Source of the DNA: Octopus vulgaris
Taxonomy: Eukaryota
Length of the DNA stretch: 64,000 nt
Assembly (NCBI GenBank): GCA_951406725.2
Contig: OX597818.1
Span: 74,710,001-74,774,000, forward strand
Direction of reading: 5' to 3'
The notes beneath the pieces are model-generated. The model saw nothing but the letters and a program-made list of their open reading frames with translations, did not search any database and was not told where the DNA came from. Position 1 is the first letter of the stretch, and every line of letters starts with the position of its first letter. This document shows positions 55,921 through 64,000 of the stretch, in pieces. The position numbers and the translations under genes were made by a program.

Positions 55921-57047
55921 GCAGATTGTGGTGAGATAAGATGTGAATAAAGAATTGACTTGAATATCATATTCCCGTATGTTTCCCCTTTCAAACTGGT
56001 CACAGGAAATCGTCTGAATGCAAAGTCATGTGATGGGCTGTTTTTATTTTACGTGGATTTGTGCTTGTGTATGTATATGTGCATATATATACTTGAACAT
56101 GTATATATTTGTGTGTGTGTGCACGCGCACGTATTTGTGTGTGTGTATGTGTGTTTTGTGCGTGATGGTACAATGAGATAGCATTGGTAAAAGATCAATA
56201 TTTTCAGACATGTCTGTGGAAGGAGAAAATCTTGTAAATGAATAAAAGACTACGACCAGTGGGACCTCGTTATTCGGAACATTCTGAGAGACAGTGTTAT
56301 GAAGATGATCGATATTTTTATGGAGGTAATCAGATGTAAAGAATTATCTTATTGCAAGTGAAATCACGACAATATCGGAGACTCTCTAGGTTTATTATAG
56401 TTCAAATCATTCCCTACCCACCTTGATTCAGCGCTTGGATATGTGGCACTTGACATGGGAATAATATTTTATTAACGTCATGACATGGATCTTTTGTTAC
56501 ATATTTCTTCTATTTCTTCATTTATTTACAATTCTCTGCGAAAGATTAGAAATATCTAAAGCGGTTGAATTATTTATAAAAGACAAGGAAGCATAAAATT
56601 TATTGAAATATAGAATAATAAAATAAAAGATAACGTATATTCCCATTATTTCATTTCAATTTTCCTCTATATGAGAAAATTTATTTTTAACTTTTTATTT
56701 CCTCTTAATATTATCTATTCATTTATTCATTTTCGTATTGCTGATATCTATAATTGAAAATGGAAGTAGAAAAACCAATTCTTATGAGAATAATTTAGAG
56801 GAAAACAGTATTATTTTTACTGAACATACACATGGAAATCCCATTCTTGTTAATTAGCAACAATGTTATATTATTGATAGAGCCAGGCTTGGATGGATCG
56901 GACAATACTGGAATAAACTGCTATGCCGATTACGGGGATGTTTCCAAAATGCGTGACATGAATCTAAACTTTGAATTTTTCTCTCCAAGCACCTTAATGA
57001 TGCAGCGTGTTTTCCTTGTTAATATGAAGGTCTCTGGGGTCTCAAAC

Positions 57048-57490
57048 ACTCTCTCTCTCTCTCCCTCACACACAGACACACACACACACAATAAACACAT
57101 ACACTCACTCCCTCTCTCTCTCTACCTTTCTCTCCCTCTTGCTTTCCGTCTCTCTCTCTTCATTTCTCCTTCTCTTCTTCTCTCTCATTTCTCTCTCTCC
57201 CTTTATCTTTGTTCCTCTCCCTCTTCCCTATTCATTTCTCTCACCCTCACTTTCCCCTCTCCTTCTCACCCATTCATTTCTCTCTCACTCTCTTTCCCCC
57301 CTCTCCCTCTCCTCTTTTCATTTCTCTTTCCCCCTCTCCCTCTCCTCTATTCATTTCTCTTTCCCCCTCTCCTTCTTTCTCTATTACTCTTTATTTCTCT
57401 CTCTCCCTCGAACTCTCATTTCTCTCTCTCCCCCTTTCTCTCTTTCTCTTTCTCCCTCTCGCATAACCTCTTACATTATATCTCTCCCGC
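57048..57490. repeat. Polypyrimidine (CT-rich) low-complexity tract
   Basis: Direct observation, with internal CTTTCCCCCTCTCCCTCTCCTCT repeats. Confidence 0.95.
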
Positions 57491-59510
57491 CAAGAAAAGG
57501 AAGAGCGTTGAGTTAAGGGAAAACATTTTTTTCTGATTTAAAATGTTAAAAAAATAACCACGGAAAGAAATCAAATGATTTGGCAGAAGTGGACGGACCG
57601 ATGTACTGGATTGCCTGGGCAAAAAGAAAATTGCCCTCAAATAGATACACGCCATTTAATAGCATCACCTCCCTTTGAGTGACTTCACGAGGGTGAATTT
57701 ATTGAATGCACTACCTCATTTCTGTCTTTATGCCTCTCTATAGATATTTTGATCAACAAATATCCAGTCTGGGTATCAGTCACGCACATCTCACACCCTT
57801 TGAGTGGAGACTGTTCAGAAACTTCATAGAATCACCCTGTTTTTCTCAGTGACTAATCTTTGTTATCATTAATTCTTTGCCACTGAATGGATCGACGCGA
57901 ATAAATTGATGGTTTAAAGCACGATGCCGAAAACTGGAGCTACAGAAAAACGTTGCATTTATTAACATCAATCTAAAACTGTTACTTTCATTCTTAGCGG
58001 TAAACTATACCATGAAGGCGGGAAGCTTGCAGAATCATTAGCACGTCGGACATAATGCTGAACAGTATTTCCTCTGGATATTTACATTCTGAGTTCAAAT
58101 CACGCTGCGGTCAGCTTTGACTTTCGTCTCATCGGGGTCGATGTATTCAACTTACCTACTCTTAAAATTTCTATCCTTGAACCATGTAAGAGACCAGCTT
58201 CCCGTTCGAGAGAATGTTGTGATCTCAGTCACTTATACGCCCAGGATCAGAATAACCGGTCTTACGAAAAGACTTGTGAAAAGTATAAAAACCATATCAT
58301 GGTGTAGTAGTTACATTCAGTTTAGTGAATTGTGGAAGGAAACATAATTTTAGTGTGGACACAGGTATTTATGACAAATGCGTTTCTTGTGTAGAACATT
58401 GCCAATGTTTTATGTCCCTTCCAATATAATATTCAAACCATTAGCATAGATTTGATTTTTAAACCTGATATTAATGAATTTTCATACTTTATTTAAATTC
58501 AGTGGTTATAAAATAAGCGAAACAACGGAATCGCTGCTTGCAGGTATTTCGGTAGATTTCTTTATCTCTGTCGTTCAACTCTAAGTTCTCTTTGCGCTTG
58601 TGTTAGATGAATAAATTTAAACCAAGAAATATAATTGGTATAAGAGACTATACACCTTTCTCTAAATATTTAGACGCCTGTCAATGTTTAAAACGATCAT
58701 TAGGAGTGATTTACGTCAAAGGACAGATTTTTTATAGAGATTAAATGGTATGGAATAAAAGAACGAGACCAGTGGGACTATGTTACAAAGAATATAGACA
58801 ATACTAAAGTAACTGACAGATATTTTTATGGAGGTAATTAAAGGTAACGTATATTCTTATATCAAATGAAATCGCAAAACTATCACCAATTATCTAGGTA
58901 TATTGTGGTTCGAACTACTTATATCATTGCTACAAAATGTCGTACTTACCGTGAGAATAGAATATATAATGATGCAAACATAAATAAACGGGGAAATGTG
59001 AAGAGAGAGAGAGGGGGAGAGAGAGAAAGCGACAGAGACAATGACAGACAGAAAAAGTAAGTCAATTAAAGTGGCCATTAATTGATGCATCTGTACTTGA
59101 AGTGGAATTTGAATTATGACACCTGGATTACTAGAAATTTTAAAAGGACAACGCCATATATAAAAGGAAATGACAGTAATATAAATAATAAGAATAAAAT
59201 GGCAAAAATAATGACAACAGCAACAGCAATAATGATGATAATAAGTTCTAAGGTAAGCTTAAAGCTATTCATTTTGATGAAGAGAATAGTGAATGATTTT
59301 ATCGACCAAGGCGTGGTTTTAGAACCAAACTGCAAAGAAACGTATTTACGTACCGCACGAAATTTTGTTCACAATTATACTTATTTTGCAATTTACCGAA
59401 CAAATACGATATTGGTGATGATAAATAGGAGGGAGGAGGCGTATTTCTTTATTGTGATCACGCGACATATATGCAGTGCCCCAAAACTCAATCCACCTAG
59501 ACATTAAGGC

Positions 59511-59619
59511 TTCTTTTAATTGTTTATGTCATTAGACCGTGGCCATGCTGCAGCACTGCCTTGAAGAATTTTTAGTCGGATGAATCGACCCCAATACTTT
59601 TTACTTTTAAAGTTGGTGC
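59511..59619 (-). mobile_element. SINE family B 3' segment; the remainder resumes at ~61556-61680
   Basis: GGCCATGCTGCAGCAC...GAATCGACCCCAATACT here, and GAACCGCTAAGTTACGGAGATGTAGATACACCAACACC on the far side of the LINE. Confidence 0.8.
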
Positions 59620-61555
59620 AAGTGGAAAAATGTCGGGGAGAGCGTAACAGCAGGTGTTTCTCAGAGGCGTAAACTCCTTTAGGCAAGTGTTTCGGCCCTT
59701 AACTCCTGACACTTAACTCCTTAACTCCTGACACATCTGAGTCATGACTCCCGGATGCCCACCTGCTCTCCGTTTTAGTACGCCTTAGGTGGGATTGGTT
59801 ACTCTGGTTTCTAGCACTACTGTGACATGTGCTGCGGCCCTGAGAAAGGTTAACTTTCTGTTTCCAGCTGAGTACACTGGTGAGCGCTCAGACGACCCAA
59901 GTGTGAGGTTCTTTTTTTCTCACCGTCCCAGCGGGATTCGAACCCGGATCGCCGGCTCCAGAGGCGCAGGCCTACACGACTACCCCAATGTGGCACTCTT
60001 TTGAATTGGGGCAAATTAAATCCTATGACGTTGACCTTTGTTCCTTCTAGACCAGATCCAACTTGAGGCTTTCTCCGCCGCTTCTCCCATGGCGCTCAAG
60101 ATTCTAGTTCTATTTCTTCCAAAGATATACAGCTGTTTCATGAGGCTGTAGGCAGATGAGCATATACATACCCTCTGCCAACCTCGAATGCAGGGACTTA
60201 GGTTTTGAATCTAGCGTCCGTCAGGTCTCTGGCCAAGTCGGTGTACTTTTCTGTCTTGTAAACATGGGCATCTTCACTCCTGGTTTCGTAGTGCACAGTG
60301 AATTCAATCAGGCCTTTGGCATTCTGGGAGTAGAGCACTATGTCGGGTCTCGAACCTCTTTTCTTGATGCAGCGCACTCCCGATCATCTGTTTCACTGAG
60401 CAGGCCTTTCTGCAGGATCTGCGTGGAATTTTTGTAGTAGGCCAAGTTTTCTTGCTTCCTGCCGCATGAAACCATATCTCAGGTTCTGTGCGTCGTCCTT
60501 TGCTCTTGGTCGTATTGAATTCGACCACTTCGGCAATCTCTTTCAGGACTTGGTTGTGGCTCCAAGTATATCTCCCTTGAGTGAGGGCTGCTTTGCAAGA
60601 GCTGAGATCGTGCTCCACTGTATGTCTTCGGTTGCAGAGCGGAGAGGAGGGGTTCTCAGATTTCCCCCATTTTATCAGGGTGGAATTTGAGGGTAGGTCA
60701 TACACTGATCTGGAGAATGAAGCTGATCCTGGGTGGAGCCATGTGCTACAGGTCGTTGCAGGTCAGGCCTCTTTGGAGAGCACTTTTCCATGTTGTCCAT
60801 TGTGCCTACTGACTTTGTTGCACTGCCTTCTGGAGCCTTCCTTTCTCTTCCTCTTCCCTGATCTCTTGGATTACCAAGTCTCTCTTTGCTTTTCCTTTAG
60901 TTTTGGACCACAATTCCATTTTAGAGGATCCTAGTCCTTGTCTGTTGGCTTGAGTTCGCCCAGTGATCTCTCTCATCCTTAGGCTCTCCTTAGCTACCTC
61001 TACAGCTTCCTTCACCTTCCACGTCCTGCCTGTTTTCAGCTCTGGTTGGACAGCTCTCACAATCAGGTCCGTTGAATCTTCAAACATGCTGAGGAGTCTG
61101 GCTTACCCTGCCTTATACCCTTGCAGGATGGATTTCAAAGGAAGTTTCACCTTTGCCTGGCGGCAATAGAGTGTGACGTCTGTGAGACTGGGTGGGACGC
61201 CAAGCCATTTCCTTGTATACTTGTTGATTTTTGCTTCCATGGTTTCCATTGTGCCCGAGCAAATGTCAACAGTGGTCAGAGGAGTTTGGGAATGAGCAGG
61301 TACTGCAGGCACCAGGCCTTGTATTTGTCAGGAAAGCTGCATGAACCTGTGGTCTCGGGGCGTTCCTTAGTTATTTTAATGGACTCTTTCCCTCGGTGTG
61401 TGTATTTCAGGGAGGCGTCATACCATAATTCCAGGATTTTGACTGGTTCCTCGGAAACTGTTGGGATGACTTGGTCCGCAACGCTGAAGGTCACTGACTC
61501 ATCCATTTTTCTCTTGCGCAGGGATAGGTTTCTGGACTTCTTTGGTTTGAACATC
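59620..61555 (-). mobile_element. 5'-truncated HERO-like (RLE) non-LTR retrotransposon, pseudogenised
   Basis: FKPKKSRNLS, YKAWCLQYLLIPKLL, RKWLGVP, KTGRTWKV..AV....GRTQANRQGLG, YDLPS...WG...PLC...EHDLSSC..AL.QGRYTWSHNQVL, RPDIVL, AAEKASSWIW; stop at 60016-60018. Confidence 0.88.
59924..59995 (-). other. tRNA-Gln-like SINE head (not a functional tRNA) just 3' of the LINE stop codon
   Basis: GCCACATTGGGGTAGTCGTGTAGGCCTGCGCCTCTGGAGCCGGCGATCCGGGTTCGAATCCCGCTGGGAC: perfect B box and CTG anticodon-like loop, but a poor acceptor stem. Confidence 0.65.
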
Positions 61556-61884
61556 GTTTTTTTTCTTGAACCGCTAAGTTACGGAGATGTAGATACACCA
61601 ACACCTGCTGGCAAATGATGGTGGGGTACACACACACACACAAACACACACAATCACAAACACACACACACACACACACTCACACACACATATATATATA
61701 TATTTATATATATTTAAAAGTCTGCGAAAATTACGTGATACTATTTTACTAAGTAAATAGATTTTTTTTAACAAAATTATTTTTTTTATGTCATAAATAC
61801 TTTATCAGAACGTTACCAATCTTTGTGGAATAAGTTTCGAATATCTTTTGAAAAACATGTGTTCTTGTATAAAGTATCAAAGAG

Positions 61885-62170
61885 GAAGGTGGTTTATTTT
61901 CGGACTTATGATTTTCATGAAGTATTCTGCCTTAGTCTTTCATAGTTAATCATTTTTATCTAATATTTTGTAAAAGAGGAATATGTAAATATTATTTAGC
62001 ATTGTTTATTATATGAAGTGTTGACTATTTTTGGTTTAGTTTCCGATTTAGAATTCTTATAAAGTGTTTTTCTGTTGCCTTTCATAATTTATCATTTTCA
62101 TCCTTTACTTTGTAAAATGGAAATATTTTGAATTTTCAATTTACACAAATATCTAATGTTCACAAGTATC
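61885..62170 (-). mobile_element. Two tandem remnants of a Penelope GIY-YIG C-terminus
   Basis: KFKIFPFYKVKDENDKL*KATEKHFI...KLN followed by IFLFYKILDKND*L*KTKAEYFM...PKIN. Confidence 0.6.
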
Positions 62171-62190
62171 TAAATTTTCCTGCCTCACCA

Positions 62191-62241
<51 letters not shown>

Positions 62242-62322
62242 TAAGAAAGTTGGTTTGTGAAAGCACGTGGGTGAATATATAAAAAATAGTAAAGAGTGAA
62301 AAAACGACAGAAGGCTTAAGAG

Positions 62323-63036
62323 GATGGGATCAGACGTGCAACAGAAATCAACATAGAAACTTTAAGAAAAGTTCAACACAACAACACACCTTCCCCGAAA
62401 ATACTACCTTACATATCTACATACAACCCCAGAAACAAAGAAGCCTTCACCATCATCACCCAGAATTTACCAATACTTCATAAAAACCCCAAATTAAAGG
62501 AAATTCTAAACATACACCAAATCATTAAAAGCTACAAACAGCCTAAATCACTTAAAAAGATTCTCACAAAGGCAAAATTGTCTTCTGAAATTACGGATGC
62601 AAAAGTAAAAAAATGTGGTAGATCGAACTGTGCAACATGTCCTAACCTGCTAGAAGGATCAGAATTCCTCTTTAAAGAGGGACAGAAATTCAAGATCAAA
62701 TCTAACTTTACTTGTGCCTCTGAAAACATAATTTATGTCATAAAATGCTCGGGCTGCCACCAAGACTACGTGGGTTCCACGGGACTATCACTCAGACGTA
62801 GATGCACACTGCATCGACAACAGATTGCATTCCCAGAATATAGAATGATACCTTTTAGTGAGCACATTGAGAAATGCGCAAAGCAACTACAACCACAATT
62901 TTTAATCTTTCCATTCTACCAATGTGCTTTAGGATCATCAACACAAATTAGACTAAACAAGGAAACATTCTTCATTGAAAAGTACAAGCCCAGACTCAAC
63001 CATCCGAACATACTGATACAGAGAAATTCACATTAA
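62323..63036 (+). CDS. Uninterrupted C-terminal part of a Penelope-like polyprotein (linker, Cys-rich motif, GIY-YIG endonuclease); no natural start
   Basis: Open frame DGIRRA...LPYISTYNPRN...KCGRSNCATC...FTCASENIIYVIKCSGCHQDYVGST...RCTLHRQQI...EHIEKC...IFPFY...RLNKETFFI...PRLN. Confidence 0.85.
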   Translation, partial: DGIRRATEINIETLRKVQHNNTPSPKILPYISTYNPRNKEAFTIITQNLPILHKNPKLKEILNIHQIIKSYKQPKSLKKILTKAKLSSEITDAKVKKCGRSNCATCPNLLEGSEFLFKEGQKFKIKSNFTCASENIIYVIKCSGCHQDYVGSTGLSLRRRCTLHRQQIAFPEYRMIPFSEHIEKCAKQLQPQFLIFPFYQCALGSSTQIRLNKETFFIEKYKPRLNHPNILIQRNSH

Positions 63037-63167
63037 GGGAAAGGAAAAAAAAATTTAAGCGATTATCTCCCTTACACCGGAAGAAATCACCCACTACCTT
63101 CCCTTATTTAGAACTCTCCGGAGCTTAAACACAAGGATAACTCTATTAAACATAAACATAACGTCAC

Positions 63168-63206
63168 AAGAAATTTGAAAAGCTAAATGCGAAACCGGTC
63201 TTTCTT
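63168..63206 (+). ncRNA. Putative minimal hammerhead (U3-A8 core) in the Penelope 3' pLTR
   Basis: AAGAAA-t-TTGAAAA-gc[taaat]gc-GAAA-ccgg-TC-TTTCTT; palindromic helix III ACCGGT and a GUC triplet. Confidence 0.6.
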
Positions 63207-63332
63207 TAAAAATTATGTCATTATAAAGGGAAAAAAAATTTGTTTAAAATTTTTTTAATATTCTTCAGACATATTGACGCAAATATATATATTTTTTAAC
63301 ATTTAAGCCTTCTGTCGTTTTTTCACTCTTTA

Positions 63333-63365
<33 letters not shown>

Positions 63366-63449
63366 CGTTTAAATATCACTGAAGCAAAATAACACCAAAT
63401 ATATAGTGCGTGTGTTTTTATTGGCTAAACTGGCAATATGACCATTCCG

Positions 63450-63486
<37 letters not shown>

Positions 63487-63489
<3 letters not shown>

Positions 63490-63645
63490 GGCAAACTTCT
63501 TTTAGCTTCTGTGTCCCAAATCCACTCTCAATGTTTTGGTCAGCCTCAGGCTGTAGTAGAAGACAGTTAGCCAAGTTGCCATGTAGTGGGACTGAACTTG
63601 TAAACATGTGGTCGCGAAGTACACTGCTTACAACCTAACCACGCT
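63487..63645 (-). mobile_element. SINE family B, 5' half, degenerate
   Basis: CCAAATCCACTC...GTAGTAGAAGACA...CAGTGGGACTGAAC-like motifs. Confidence 0.75.
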
Positions 63646-63847
63646 TTGTCCCCCAGTACCGCTTCACAAAGGTGTTAATTACTTATACTATTCGACAAAA
63701 TTGAATAGCATAAGTACCAGAATTAAAAATAAATATTGGAGTCAATCAATTCGACTAAAACATGATGCTAGATAGATAGATGCAAAAAATATATAATTTT
63801 CACAGCTACATTTATGTATGTATGTATATATATGTATATATACATAC

Positions 63848-63878
<31 letters not shown>

Positions 63879-64000
63879 CTAACAATATAGGATGAAGTCC
63901 CTTTCTCTACAGAAAAGGAATCCACCAGGAAGCGTGGGCAGTATATTTTAAAAAACCGTTACGGTTTAAGTATAAACATCATATAATTAAGGGCTAAAGA

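Larger units (their letters stand above)
62240..63340 (+). mobile_element. 5'-truncated Neptune-type Penelope-like element with inverted terminal segment, embedded in (TA)n
   Basis: 62284-62319 is the exact reverse complement of 63303-63338. (TA)n lies on both sides, and a GIY-YIG ORF is inside. Confidence 0.92.

Noticed and set aside
59924-59995. tRNA-Gln gene
   Set aside because: Acceptor and D stems do not pair and there is no Pol III terminator; treated as a SINE head.

Overview
This is AT-rich, repeat-saturated eukaryotic (metazoan) intergenic or intronic DNA. The SINE families, Penelope-like elements and extreme (TA)n/(TAA)n/(GAA)n microsatellite density suggest an octopus or other cephalopod genome, which is my inference. 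I see no intact host gene, and almost all ORFs in the track are microsatellite artefacts. Recognisable decayed elements are mariner, Tc1, a pogo-like MITE, a hAT-like transposon, Helitron ends, R4/Dong-like and HERO-like restriction-endonuclease LINEs, a LINE ORF1 fragment, several tRNA-derived SINE families, and at least four Penelope-like (GIY-YIG) remnants. The most interesting signal is a set of small, non-coding, (TA)n-embedded modules carrying type I hammerhead-ribozyme motifs, found by eye. They include a tandem pair about 589 nt apart, a near-canonical single copy, and variants with compensatory G3-C8 and U3-A8 core pairs. Many sit in fold-back (inverted) structures anchored on (TA)n. 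Together these point to a Penelope/retrozyme-like system that targets microsatellites. Ribozyme activity is untested.
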